Assembly (NCBI GenBank): GCA_023231475.1
Contig: JALJEE010000596.1
Coordinates: 1 to 64,000 of the forward strand
Direction: 5' to 3'
Origin: Seison nebaliae
Taxonomy: Eukaryota
Length of the DNA: 64,000 nucleotides
The notes beneath the pieces were generated by a model. The model searched no databases. It saw only the letters and a list, made by a program, of their open reading frames with translations, and was not told where the DNA came from. Made by a program: the position numbers and the translations under genes. Of the stretch, positions 1-13,063 are shown in pieces (the first letter of the stretch is position 1; the number at the start of each line of letters is the position of its first letter).

Positions 1-21
1 TTAAAAAGAAAATAAGATAAC

Positions 22-927
22 TGGCTGTACACATTATCATTTATAAGTTTTCTTCCAATTTCAATTTCATCTCGTAAATAAGTCGGAATAAGAGATGTAA
101 TATCGAAATTGGAGATAATACGAAGCGCTTCATCCAATGAATGAGGAACTATAATATGCATACACTATATATTCACTATATAGACCAGGGCTGTAAATTC
201 TTATAGGGATATAATATAGGGATTTTCAAATTTAAAATAAAAATTTTACAATATTAATAGAAAATTTTAATAGAGTGAGGAAAAGTCCGTGATTCAAGTA
301 ACGAATGAACATAAGGATAAACGGATTTGGAATTTTCTAAAATTGACTTAAATTGTAATTTATCTTGGGTCTGAATCAATGTTTCGCATTGTTTAGAACC
401 TGTTTCGTATGAATCAATATCATACTAAATTATACTTTTATGAATTATGAAGTTTATTATTATTATTTATTATCAAAATTCTCGTCGGGATAAATTAGAA
501 AAAATATTAGAAAAATTCCGGTCCTCACCAACGTTGATCAAATTGTGCAAGTCGATAAGAGCTTCTTGATTAATTGGAGAAGACGTGATCGGATCGTAGG
601 AAAAAATGAAGTCCTTAAAATTGGGAAGGAGAATATCTCGTGGTAAATCGTAGTAGCGGATAGTATGAGAAAAGATTGAGTGAACATGGAAAGAATTAGT
701 ATAAGTAGTAAAAGTAAAAAGTTTAGAGCAAATTCTTGAGAAAAAATTTATTTATTTTTATTATCATTATTATTATTAAAATTGTCGTCAAAATATATTG
801 TGAAACAAGGTTTTAAAATGTTTAACTTTGCTGGTGATGTAACTCTGGAAATCATTGACGATTGATTGATAGAGATGAATTGCAGCAAGAGAATTGGTAA
901 TAGTAGAAAAGCAACTGTACTAAAGAA
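22..927 (-). CDS. Partial multi-exon hypothetical protein running off the left edge; start codon not located
   Basis: Phase-consistent open exons 927-827, 734-533, 424-~323 and ~164/148-22. Introns 826-735 (GTTAAA..AAG) and 532-425 (GTTGGT..TAG), plus a GTTATC donor at 21. Translation includes FSTVAFLLLPILLLQF..RYYDLPRDILLPNFKDF..PHSLDEALRIISNF. No family recognised. Not counted in the 50-intron tally. Confidence 0.4.
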
Positions 928-1115
928 CTATGAACAACATACCTGACATTTATTGAAATTAAATTACTAATAGGCAGTTATAATTCTTTATATAACGTTA
1001 TTAATCTGTAAGAACTCGATTTAATTGGCATAATATCAACCAGGTGTCATTGATTTTGTGATGTTCCCTATAAAAAAATTTAAAAATAACATTGGAAAAT
1101 TTAATATTATGAAAT

Positions 1116-2296
1116 ATGAATTTTTTCTTCTTTATACTCATCTTACCCATAACATTCAGTTTCACATATGTTCTTGACCAGCATGTGGACTGTTATGAAA
1201 TAATTTGCGATAATAACGACTATGGAACTCCGGATCCTGAACCTAGTTATCCTGAATCATTTCCGATATCTTATCCTCAACCAATCCCGAAACCATATCC
1301 ACAACCAATTCCGAAGCCTGAACTAATTCCTGTACCCATACCGCAGCCGATTCCGGTTCCTGTGCCCAAACCAATCCCAATACCTAAACCACAACCCATC
1401 CCTATACCTAGACCTTACCCAATTCCGGTTCCTAAACCACAACCCATCCATATACCTAGACCACAACCCATCCCTATACCTAGACCACATCCCATCCCTA
1501 TACCTAGACCACAACCAATTCCGGTTCCTAGACCACAACCCATTCCTATACCTAGACCACATCCAATTCCGGTTCCAAGACCACAACCAATGCCTATACC
1601 AAAACCTTATCCAATTACAATTCCTAGGCCACAGCCTATCCCAATACCTAGGCCTTATCCAATTACCGCTCCTAGACCACGACCAATTCCTATACCAAGA
1701 CCTTACCCAATTTCAATAGCAAGACCTTTCCCAGTTAGTTATCTTGAGCCAATGTCAAGACCCATGTCGTATGGTATACCATCCGAATATTTAGGACCGT
1801 CGGAAGGATATACTAGTGATTCAATAGTTTCTACTGATAGTGATGATAATTCAGGTTGGGAATTTCTTTTTTCGATATATTTACCGTTTGCGTCTATTAT
1901 AAGGTTCATTTTTTTCGAACACAAATTTTGGATATGTTAATACAGGTATTACATTATTTGTATTTCTTTTCTTATTTATTATATCTTTCAGGCGGCTATG
2001 GACCGAGTGTTATCGGCAACTACGAATCATATCATAAAGGAAATGGTGATTCCGGTAGTGGTAGCAAGGCTAGTTCCCAATCACAAGGGATGAATGTTAA
2101 TCAATATCAAGACAATGGTAGATCAAATGTTGGTGTGGGACAATCTCAGTCACAATCAGATATTACGACGAACAATAATGATCGACAATCTCAAAGTCAA
2201 GGCGCAAGTATTGAACAATCGATGGAGAATGGATATGGTGAACTGGGATTAACTCAAAGTCAAGCTCATGAAGATGATTGGAATTGGGGGTTTTAA
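1116..2296 (+). CDS. Secreted proline-rich repeat protein, 3 exons (1116-1854, 1904-1945, 1992-2296)
   Basis: Hydrophobic signal peptide [15 protein letters not shown], a long [12 protein letters not shown] repeat, then a G/S/Q/N-rich tail ending DDWNWGF. Two phase-1 introns, 1855-1903 (GTTGGG..AAG) and 1946-1991 (GTATTA..CAG), join ORFs 1116..1940 and 1856..2296 in frame. Confidence 0.75.
1275..1733 (+). repeat. Coding tandem repeat, 24-nt unit (e.g. cctagaccacaacccatccctata) encoding P-R/K-P-Q/Y/H-P-I-P-I/V
   Basis: Directly visible imperfect 24-nt/8-aa repeat, roughly 18-19 units, with variation mostly at third codon positions. Confidence 0.9.
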
Positions 2297-2985
2297 AATC
2301 CGTCCGAAATTTCATCGGGTACATGACCAAGTCAATAACTCGAAATTTTATTTAGGAGAAATAAAAAATTGAATATATTTGTATTCTGATGTAAAATGAT
2401 TCTCGTGATAAAACCGTCGGGAAATAAAGAATGAACAAAGAATCGATTAAAAATATTTTCTGAAAAAGACGATGAGAAGTAGAGTGGAAGCAACTGTACA
2501 TGGAAGAAAAGTAAAATAATGTGAATTTTCTCTAATAAGAATGTTTATTTTTCATTATTATTCAGTTCGTCTCTGTTAAGGGAGAAAACGAAATTAAAGT
2601 TGAAAAGAGTTGAAGAAAAAAAAACATCCAACATAATCTCCCATAGGTCCAACATACGTGTTTGTTTTAAATTGAAAAAAAGAATATTTGGAAGATATGG
2701 TGAAGTGGTGGAGGAGAAGGAAATAGAAAATGATATTATAAATAATAAACATAAAGAAATGAATGATGGATAGATGAAATTAAATGAAATGAAATTATCA
2801 AATGAAGATTAAAATTTTAACTAAAAAATATAATGTAAAATCTTTCTCTGAAATATGAAGGAAGAAATATGAATGAAGAAATATATTGAATCGGATAACA
2901 TGATTTATCATTCTGGAAATGGTGTGTGGACGAAACTCATGACATAAATATAGAACTGTGACATGGTGATGATAAGGTGCCATTC

Positions 2986-4242
2986 TTATTCCTTTTTCGG
3001 CATGTTCAAATCACTTCGCTTCTTCGTGATGACGTATCTTTTATAATGGTTTCCACTAAATTCACTTTCCAGTAATTGTCCGTGAGCCAAAAGGACTTTT
3101 CGTTGTTCGTCTGGTGACATCGCTAGAAATGCTCCTAAGCATGTTGGATATTCATCCGACCAAATTGTTGATGGACAGATTTTCAGAATGTTTAACACTA
3201 TATCGAAAATTTCTTGATCACCATTTCGGGATGAGATGCGGAACCAATCACAGAGTGCTGGTACTATCGCTTTCAATGGTGCTCGACTACCATCATAAAA
3301 TTCAATGTATACGGTAAAACTAGAATTCTCTACATTTCCATCTTGTAAATTCTGATCACGATGAACGACAGAAATCGATCGTAAACGATCGAAAATAAAA
3401 TCGCGACATGATTTCTGGAGATTTGTTATTTCGAATTCTTCAGCTAATTCCATCATTGGTGTGACATTGTCGGATGAGAGTACCAATTGAAATTGTGGAT
3501 AGATATGTCGAAGTAATTGCATAATATCTTCGAGCCTATTATAAAATTTAAATTAATTAATAATAATTAATATTAATTGAAATTAAATTTAAATTCAAAC
3601 CGTTTGGTTTCCAAGTTTAACGTGTTGTCCTTCACGTCCTTCAATGTATTGTGGAGGATCGGACTAGCGGCACTTAATATTGCTTTGTTGACGTAAAGTT
3701 CTTTACCATTGGAAACGATTAATTTCAGATCACAAAATGCATCTGGTTTCGAGAAGTATGTGTCTGCGATATCGGACTGATTGCTCTCCACACCAATCTC
3801 TTCCGTTCTCGCGCTCTGATCATTGTCGAATGCACTCACCGTATGACGTGATCGTTTTGCGAAACTTGGAGTTGATTTTTTAATATCTTTCGATATGTCT
3901 TCAACTTCTCCTTGTTCCTTACCTATAAAAGTTGAGATTATAAGAATTAATAATTGTTAATCATAACGAGATATTAAAAGAAAAACAAATTTAAACACGA
4001 AAAACTGAAATTTTAGTACAAAGAAAAAACGTTGTTACAAAGCAAACAATGAATGAATGAATGAATGAATGAAAAGAAAGAATTGAAAAACAGATGACAA
4101 ACTGGGAGGATTTACTAATGAATTATCGGTAGTTTTTTTCGATTCTGAGAATGAATAAAAGAAAGAATTGAATATGGGAGAAAGTGGAAGGAAGTAAACT
4201 GGGTTGACCTCGAGTGGAGCGAATGCGTTCACCCGATTCCAT
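2986..4242 (-). CDS. BTB/POZ-domain protein, 4 exons (4242-4200, 4144-4103, 3922-3601, 3535-2986)
   Basis: Spliced BTB motif FCDLKLIVSNGKELYVNKAILSAASPILHNTL..KR/LEDIMQLLRHIYP..DNVTPMMELAEEFEITNLQKSCRDFI. Introns 4199-4145, 4102-3923 and 3600-3536 are all GTT..AG and in phase. The two 5' exons are less certain. Confidence 0.8.
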
Positions 4243-4633
4243 CTCTCAACAATCAATTGGAATAGATTGTTCAGAATTTGAATAAGAAAGAAATGGAAAA
4301 AAAATAAAAACTAAATATTTTTATTTGGAAAAATGAGAATCCCTTCTAATTTATAGTAATCGAAAATTGGAAATTGAAATGCAATTCGTTTTTCTTTCTC
4401 TCCTTCCTTCTATTTTTCGAGTTGAACTGAATTTCAACTTAAATAAATTTTCATTCACTCATTAAATGACACGTGTATATAGACAAGAACAGTCGTTTCA
4501 ATAATTGATGGCACTGCACGAGAGAGAGGGGAAGAAGACAGAGAGAAAGGACTGAGGACGTTTCATTAAGGATGACGTGTCGTAAATGCATGGAATAGTT
4601 AGAATACTTACATCAATTGCACGAATCAATTGA

Positions 4634-7441
4634 TTAGAATAAAAGTCGATAATGAATAAAATAATTTAGTTTTGAATTTGCACACAAACCTAATAAGAGA
4701 TGACGAAATGCATCAATATGTCGTCGATCGTTAAACAATTTTAATAAACTTTCTGTATCACAATTCTCTAGGCCATTACTCAAGAGATTGCAAAGGAATG
4801 AGAAGATTTGTGGCGTAGTCGACGAATTCTGTCTATTATTTCGCACTTTCTGATATTTTGAATCTTGAAGTAATTGATAAAATGGAATATTTCCTTCTTG
4901 ACCTTTGCACAACGAGAAAATCGATTCTAATCCATTAACTAATGAATGTTGTTGTTGTTGTTGTTGTGGCGGTGGTGGTGGTTGTGGTTGTGATTGTGAC
5001 GGTAATTGTTGTTGTTGTTGTTGTTGTTGTTGAGAAGAAAATGAATTGTATTTATTTAAATTAATTTGATTATCCGAATTCTCTAAAGTTTCATCGGCCG
5101 GTCCATGAACATCAAAATTATCATCATAATAAGTAATTCCAGAATTATTGAAAATTTGATTTTTATTAATGTTGTTATTGTTGATTGTTGTTGATGGTGA
5201 TGGTTCTGGAATGATGGGAGTTGTACAATGATTTTTTAATGATCGATTAATTGTCGATGAATTGCCGGTGGTGATGGAAGTGAAAGCTTGAATTAATTCT
5301 TCTGGTGAATTAGTGATATTCTTCGTCCATCCATATGCATTATTACCTGGTTTCTGATGACGATGTAATCCTACTTCACAAGGATTCGATATTCCGTCAC
5401 TTGCCGTATGCAATTTGCCATGACAGAATTGGGCGATACAACGCCAATGACACATAGTTTTCGAGAGACGATTAACACGATAATGGAAACCATTATAAAT
5501 GGCGAGTGGTCGTTTTCTTCTTGTTAAGAAGATGCGAACGGTATTATCATTCATCGAATCATCGATAAATGATGCTGATGTGGAACCATCAGTAAGAGTA
5601 TTTAATGATGATTCATTTAATGAGAGATCGGTTCGATTAATTTTCGGTGTCGATTCAGCAATCGGATCGCACAAAATTTTATTGTCATTCTCTTTCGTAT
5701 CGAATGAGATTGGTGTGGAATTACCAGATGTGTTGGCTTGTTTCGCTGTGTATGATTGTTCGGAATGACGACGTTTAATTCCGGAGGAAGAGAGATTCTT
5801 TTCATATTCATCTGATGAATTATAAGTGAGAGAACCGTTCATCGATCGATTATTGGGCATTGTCAATGTATCTTCTTCCTCACTATCATGAACACCCGAA
5901 TCACCTGGCATCGAATGTTCACTAATATTCGTATTCGTTTCCTCATCTACTTCCATCGTCGACGATTTATGATTTACGAAATTTTTCATTTGTTGTTTAT
6001 TTCCAATTATTCGTCCTCTATTCTCACAATTCACAATTCCTTCATCGCAATTCTCTTGTTTTATTATTATCGATCGTTGTTGTTGTTGTTGTTGTTGTTG
6101 TTGAGCTGATTGTGTAAGTAATGATTTCAATTGTTCATTCATCCATTGATATGATTTGTAGTCTTGTTTCTGTAAATTATTCAAAGAAATTTGATTATTT
6201 TGTCCAACATTATTTTTCGAATTAAAAATATTTGAATTATTATTATTGGTATTATTATTATTATTATTATTATTATTTGTTTTTCGATCATATGAATTTT
6301 CTGATTTGACTTTATTTCGATTCTGATTTCCATTCAACACTTTCTCATTCTTCTCTTGACGAAGTGAACTCAAAATATAATTCATTCGAGCTTCCTCCGT
6401 CATCTGACTAGTGATGACTCGATCAACTCGTTCGATAATTTCCTGCTCCTCCTCACCACTCAAATTGAATGCATTCATTCGTTCTGTCAATTTCATGTGG
6501 AGATTGGGAAGGAAATTCTGGAAGAATTGTGAACGATAATAATTCGATAATCGAGCACGTAATACTCGAGTCTCTTCTTGCATTATTTTCGAAATGGTCG
6601 AATCATATTCGACTCGTGTCCGATATTTCATACGACCAGTAGCGGATGTGACAAAACTCGTTTCCACATTATCGATGACAGGTGGATGACTATGATTGTC
6701 GAATGGGACACAATGGAAATCACGTACAACAGCAAAATATCGAGAATGGAATTGTGGTTGGAGAATGTGTGAGGCGGAAGTTTCGCTTCCATTCTTTGTA
6801 TAAATATCTTCTTTATGTGTAGTCAAATTATCATATGGAATAAAATTATATTTCTCCAATAATTGATTTTGCATCTGATTCTTCACTTCATAAGTTATCA
6901 TTTTTCCATGACAATTCAAATGAAGACATCGCCACGAACAATGTTTTCCTGTTTCACGATTAATCCGATATTTATATCCTTGATAAATGGCCATCGGTTT
7001 ACCTTTAGAAGACGGGAAAATGACCAATTCACTAAACAAAGGAAAGTGACTACTCAAATCTAATCGATCTGACGATCCCAATTGCTCCATCACTTCACGT
7101 ACCTTCTTCGCCTCTTTTCTCGTTTTTAATGATTCGAATGATGGATAAACGAATTTATCTAAATTTCCATTTAATCTCAACAAATCCGTCGAAGTTCCTT
7201 CTATTCGACCATTCGACGACTCTTTCATTTCTTCTTCATATTCACAATTCTCCTTATAATTATTATTATTGTTGTTGTTGTTATTATTGTTGTTAATGTT
7301 TTCTATTAACAAATTATTATTATTATTGTTGTTGTTGGTGGTAGTGGCAGTGTTATTGTTGTTGTTGTTAGTTCGTGAACTAGCCATCACATCGAGAATT
7401 TGTTTGATTAATTCTGTTTGTTCTAACGATTCGATTTTCAT
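4634..7441 (-). CDS. Protein with two FLYWCH zinc fingers and poly-Asn/poly-Gln tracts (putative transcription factor)
   Basis: FPSSKGKPMAIYQGYKYRIN..WRCLHLNCHG..HSHPP (~7021-6681) and FLTRRKRPLAIYNGFHYRVN..WRCIAQFCHG..HRH (~5535-5355). Likely ATG at 7441 (MKIESL). A possible extra last exon at 4513-4455 would follow intron 4689-4514 (GTTTGT..polypyrimidine-CAG). Confidence 0.8.
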   Translation of the reverse strand: MKIESLEQTELIKQILDVMASSRTNNNNNNTATTTNNNNNNNNLLIENINNNNNNNNNNNNYKENCEYEEEMKESSNGRIEGTSTDLLRLNGNLDKFVYPSFESLKTRKEAKKVREVMEQLGSSDRLDLSSHFPLFSELVIFPSSKGKPMAIYQGYKYRINRETGKHCSWRCLHLNCHGKMITYEVKNQMQNQLLEKYNFIPYDNLTTHKEDIYTKNGSETSASHILQPQFHSRYFAVVRDFHCVPFDNHSHPPVIDNVETSFVTSATGRMKYRTRVEYDSTISKIMQEETRVLRARLSNYYRSQFFQNFLPNLHMKLTERMNAFNLSGEEEQEIIERVDRVITSQMTEEARMNYILSSLRQEKNEKVLNGNQNRNKVKSENSYDRKTNNNNNNNNNTNNNNSNIFNSKNNVGQNNQISLNNLQKQDYKSYQWMNEQLKSLLTQSAQQQQQQQQQRSIIIKQENCDEGIVNCENRGRIIGNKQQMKNFVNHKSSTMEVDEETNTNISEHSMPGDSGVHDSEEEDTLTMPNNRSMNGSLTYNSSDEYEKNLSSSGIKRRHSEQSYTAKQANTSGNSTPISFDTKENDNKILCDPIAESTPKINRTDLSLNESSLNTLTDGSTSASFIDDSMNDNTVRIFLTRRKRPLAIYNGFHYRVNRLSKTMCHWRCIAQFCHGKLHTASDGISNPCEVGLHRHQKPGNNAYGWTKNITNSPEELIQAFTSITTGNSSTINRSLKNHCTTPIIPEPSPSTTINNNNINKNQIFNNSGITYYDDNFDVHGPADETLENSDNQINLNKYNSFSSQQQQQQQQQLPSQSQPQPPPPPQQQQQQHSLVNGLESIFSLCKGQEGNIPFYQLLQDSKYQKVRNNRQNSSTTPQIFSFLCNLLSNGLENCDTESLLKLFNDRRHIDAFRHLLLGLCANSKLNYFIHYRLLF

Positions 7442-8061
7442 TTTTATTTTAATTCTCACGAATGAATAATATGGGGATAATGAGTGGAAACGATGTGATG
7501 TAATTTCTGATAATTTCAGAATAATCTTCCGAAAATTATTCCGAAATGTGATAGCAATTCTTTTTCTATTGAATTCTATTGAGATGAATCGATAATTATT
7601 AGATTGTAAGATGAACAATGATATATATTAGGGAGAAGAAAAGACGATTGACTGGAGAAAAATAATTTCTTTATAATGACAAATAACTCTATCATTAAAC
7701 TATAACAATTATTCGTAAATCGATCATTAATTGATTGAGAATGCAAGAATTGTCTCATCAATTCCATCACAAATGATTGGAATGGAAGCATAAATATCTC
7801 TAATGGAATCTACTTCTCCTCTAATCATCTTCTACTTAATGTGCAAACGAATGAAAATCTTCTTTTTTCACGCATCATCCCTTCCAACTATTTGTGTGGC
7901 AGATTCTTTTCTGTCCTATGAATTATCAGTATGACTTCTCACTAAATTATTCGATGGTGAAAAAGAAGGAAAATTCACGCTACCACATCGATCAATCAAT
8001 AAAGAGCAAGAATGATCAATGGAAAAACTTTTAAAAGAAAATATCGATAAAAGAACGAGAA

Positions 8062-11000
8062 ATGCAAATGAGAATTCTCGTCAAATTTCTATGAGAGCAA
8101 TTGGCTAAAGAATGAGGTGATGGAAAGAATTCCATATTTTTTTCTGCAATACAATCAATATCCTGAAAAATTTAAGTATGCGTCATGTATTTGACGAAGT
8201 CTCGATATTATTGAGTATGTGTATGTATGTGCATGTGTGTATATATGTGTATAATTGTGTCTGTGTGTATGTGTGAGATAGAGTGATTTACATATCGATT
8301 AGAAATGCATTTGACGTATAATTTGAGTGAGAAACGCGTTTGGAATAACAAAGAAAGGAATTGATTTAATAAAACGAATGAGAGAACATATTTTCTAAGA
8401 GGAATAATGACACAGTATAATTTATGTATATTGATCGGAGGCTGAGTATATGTATGTATTTGGGGAATACATATTTACCTGCTTAAAATCTCGCATATTC
8501 CTTAATTTGACTGATAAAAAAAGAGAGAAGGAGAGAACGTTTGGAATAACTCTCGCGTACTTTGCCAATAACGATAATGTTCTGCGTTCCAATACTAATG
8601 GCGTGAAAAGGTGAGTGAAGAAATAATATGCATTCCTAATTAGACGAATACAATGACCAACTTTTGCCTAGTCGCCAAAAAAAAGGAAAAACGAATAGTT
8701 TTGTTATCGATGGGAATGGGAGAAGATGTAGGAAAGAATTTAAGCAAACAATTCAGATGACCCTAACAACAATCGAGTGTAATTTAATCAATCACAAGAG
8801 AAAAAGAGAATTGAGAGATAGTATGAATGGGATGCAGGAAGAATTGTGAAATAGGAAAGAAAGTGAATCGTTAGATGGAAATCCTTTCGGATCGGATTTC
8901 TTCGTTTACTCTCACAATTCACCTTTCTCATGCAAATAAACCTCCGTTGAAGTGAATGGAGAGATGAAGTTCCAGAAGAAGACACGTATCTATCCGCCGT
9001 TGGTAAACAATTGAAATGTCATTTGCATAAGAACTCCGAACCGGATTCGACGAGAAGAAGCGAAGCGAAATGCCAAGAGGAAAAATATGAAAAAAAGATA
9101 GGATGATGATGCTAGAATGTATGTGGAAGAGATGAAGGAAGGAAATGAATTTCGGGAGGATTTGATCTTTTCTCATAAGAAGATTCGGAGGGGGAAGTTA
9201 GAGGAGAAATAGAGAGAAGAGGTTAGGGAACCAGATAATCCTATTTGACAAAGGATCATCAACGCATATATTTGAATAGAATAAGATTTGCATAAATCCT
9301 TCACTTCGACCACAATCATCCACTTCACTGTTTACATAGCGATCAGGATAATTATATTTCTAACAAAATAGCTAATCATTTGTGGATAAAGAAGAAGTCG
9401 AAGAAGTTGAAGAAGGGAGATTGGAAAGGACGCAGTTAATTCGCTAAGTTAATGAAGAATTGAAATTTCACATCTCGACCAATTCGAGGAGACTGTAAAG
9501 ATGAACGATCATCGAAATGATAGTGATAGCCGATAAGTGAAATTCACACTTTGCACATGAAGTGAAACCTCTATTTCATCCATGACACAATGACGTATCA
9601 AGTCTCCTACATAAGATTTGAGTTGGGTTGAGGGCGACTGATAATGAAGCAACATTAATATCCGCTCATCATGACAATTTGAGGGTGGTAGACAAATCGA
9701 ATGGTATTGATTCAGATCCCAAATATTAAGTCGTATTGGTAGTCGACGAACGAGCGACGGATATAAATCGATTGATATAACGACGAAATAGGAACAATGA
9801 TAACAACAACGATTATTATTCGTTATTTTAATTGTTATGATCTCTCACATTTACTGTCCGTCTACTTGAAGAAGAGTGAAATAGAAATGAAGCATTCATT
9901 CGTTTGTTCGCTCACTCTTCAATGTAATGTGATTTAGAATAAAAATATCAAATTATATAAGTTTATATAGACCGTCACAACTATTTATACGAATTTGGAG
10001 GATATATATTTTGAGGAGGACTGTATGATGCCCTCATTAAATATTAGAATTTTAGACGCACATCATCCTATTATTTACTTGCATTCATCTCAAACAACAA
10101 TGACATAATTTCACATTCTCTTCTCAAACTATTACTGCTTTAATTGGGAATAAACGTCTTATGAGCACTTACATAATTATCAGCCACTCCTAAATATCTC
10201 CATTAAATGTATTCGTATGGTATAATCTCTGCTTTAACATCCCCATCCGTCCGTATAAAAATTAACAATTTCATCACCATCATCGTCTAAAAACACACAC
10301 ACACACACACACACATACACAAACGCACATATACATATGAACACAAGTCACCATCATAGCAAACGAGGAGCATCGAAGTAATCTTGCGATGTATAGGTCG
10401 CGGGTTGTCCTGTCGGCTAAACAAGACTGCAATGACGACATCGCCGAATGAGAAGCGACGCAGTTGTTGTTAATGACAACCGACCAAATGGAGATGTGAT
10501 ATTTATTGAAAAAATAATCGAATAACTATGATATGGCTTTGCAATTCGGAGGAGCGATCTCTTATGAAGAAGTAATTTGTTTGTAAGAAAACAATGAAAT
10601 AATTTCACTTATTTTCATACCGATGAAAAATGAAGGTGCAATCTTCTTCTTGCCTTTAAAACGCATTAAGCATTATTATGAAGTCGCAATACTACAAAAC
10701 AATTTCTTCCTCACATCATTTTTGGGAAGAGGCATTTAAATTTGGGAAAAAGAAAAATTTGAAAAACCATCAGAGAATGGTGAACTCGTAAAAAAGTGGG
10801 GGGAATTACATAAGTTTCAGAAGAAATGAATAATGATAAAACTAAAAAGTGAAGATTTCCTATGGAAAGGTAATGTTGAGGACGTTACACATTTTCTTTT
10901 TGTTTAACTACACATTGCATTACAATTGCAATCTCTTCGCCTTCCCCTCACTGGGAATAAGGACAACCTTTCTTTTAAGCTTCTAACAGTACAAAGTTCG

Positions 11001-13063
11001 TGAAATAATTTCACATGCAAATTGATGTGCAGCAGTGAATGTAATGAATTGAAATGTTTACGTTCATCTCTCTCACTCGTCTCAAAAAGGATTGCTCCGT
11101 ATATTTCCCTTTATTGCATGTGACAACGACAATGTTTGTACGTCTCAGATAAAATGCATCAACTCTCATAAACGTTTACAATCCAAATCTACTTCATAAA
11201 TTCTACTTTGCTTAATAATATTATAGAAAAATAATAATTGTAATAATTCTATTAAAATCGGAAATTAAAAGGAATTTTGTTAAGAGAATTAAAATTAGCA
11301 ACATCATCTCGCCTTCAAATCCGTTCAACTCACAACACTTGTCAGAGTCATTCACAATTTAATTCATAAATTATAATTTCTTCTTTTGTAATAAATCTTT
11401 CAATCAACTAAAACTAATTCAACGCACAAGTAGTAAACATTCGAATGGAGAGTGGACAGGACTATAATTTTCTCATGGACCACTTGAAAGAGATAGAAAG
11501 ATGAAGACACACCAATATCATGGGAAGAAAAGGATGCAATGTTTGAGAACGATTACTAACGTATATGAAATAGAGGTATTATAGACTGATGAACATGTGA
11601 CGATAAACATCGTAATTTGTCAGTTGAATTAAGCAAAGCATAATAAAAAATAATAGATAAGAACTTAGTGAACAGTTAGAGAGTTTGAGCAATAGTTGTT
11701 GTTTGTTTGATGATGAAGAAGTAATTTTATGCTTGTGCTCAAACAAGGACGTTGTGAGGGAGAGCATCCGATTCGATCGAGTGATTCGAACTTCGACCAT
11801 ATCGATGTAAAATCAACTATTAAGCAGTTAAGAGTCACGCTTCGCAAATTTTCCATTATGAAGAGTTGGAGGACGGGAAAATGCAAAAAGACATTTCTGC
11901 ACCACGATTAATGAGAGCGGAGGGATTGCTGAAATAATGAAAAATGAACGAGTGAATGCATCAAGTGAAAAAGAAAAGAAATAATAATCCAAACCGTTTC
12001 TTTTCGAAAAGAAAATGGACCTGCATCAACTTTTTTGACGGCCAGATATACATGCTCCATTTCATTACGGAAAGATAAGTGTGTGCGTAAGAAGTAGATG
12101 TATGTAGATGCAAATAATATACATGAACTCGGACGACATATTAATATGTGGGGAGGGGGGGTTGGGGGGTGATAGGAATGTATTAATAATTCGATCGTAG
12201 TATGCATGTATGTCGTTATAGTCGCCGTCAATAGTATAAAGTCTTCTATATTTATCTCAAAATGAATGTAAGTAAATGCGTCGAATAGTTTGGGCAACGC
12301 TTCCCTTCCTCCCCTCTCTATTTTCTCGGCGTGGCGAGAGATGGCGTTAGAAAAAGGAAAAATGTCGCAAAGTTCGAGTGCCGTATACATTCCACAATTG
12401 ACATCGTTAGTTACGCGTCGTCCATATAAGCAAAATGGGAATTTGTTAACAAAAAGGAAATTGTTTAATTTATTCTCTTCTAATAATATCGTTCTCTGGT
12501 TCAATGGGGTCGTGCGCATAAACCACTCGTATGGGCATCGAGAGAATGTCGTCTCTCCTTTTTTTCCTGTTTATGGAAATATATATGTGGAAGAAGTAGA
12601 AGAAGAAGAATAGTTTAGAGAATGCAGTTATCATGTGAATAATAACATCAACATTTCGACAAAATGACAATAACGATCATGATGATGATGATGTCGAGTA
12701 AATGATGACAAGAAAAATTTGCTTACATTCTTCTCATTTGTAGCTATAATTATCGAATTTCAGAGAGGAGGAGTAGGAACGTAAGGGAGAAGAACGAATG
12801 CAATAATGGAGCGTCATCTCTCGCAAATAAATGTGAACGACACTGAACATTCACAGTCTCATTTATTTAAGAGAATAATTAGAATAATAAATATAAGAAC
12901 AACAACAATAACAAAAATAATATAATGGAATTAATAATTACGACGAGAGAAGTTCAATAATTTTCGAGAAAAGACTTATTTCTTTCTTATCATGTTTCTG
13001 CAGTACAAGAGATGACTGGGAGAATGAGGAGAGGAAATAAATGAAAAAGAACGCCATTTGCAT
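8062..13063. promoter_or_regulatory. Cluster of octamer (ATGCAAAT) motifs upstream of the FLYWCH gene
   Basis: Exact ATGCAAAT/ATTTGCAT at 8062, 8930, 9021, 9286, 11015, 12108 and 13056. Function is inferred only. Confidence 0.35.
10293..10320. repeat. (AC)n microsatellite
   Basis: acacacacacacacacacacacatacac is visible directly. Confidence 0.9.

Noticed and set aside
1275..1733. Regularly spaced short repeats superficially like a CRISPR array
   Set aside because: These are contiguous 24-nt coding units with no unique spacers, in a eukaryotic context with no cas genes.
4538..4590. ACAGAGA ... AAGGATGAC resembling U6 snRNA, and CTGAGGA resembling a hammerhead core
   Set aside because: There is no AGC triad, internal stem-loop, 5' hairpin or U-tail for U6, and no GAAA after a stem II for a hammerhead. 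The purine run is better explained as a minus-strand polypyrimidine tract.
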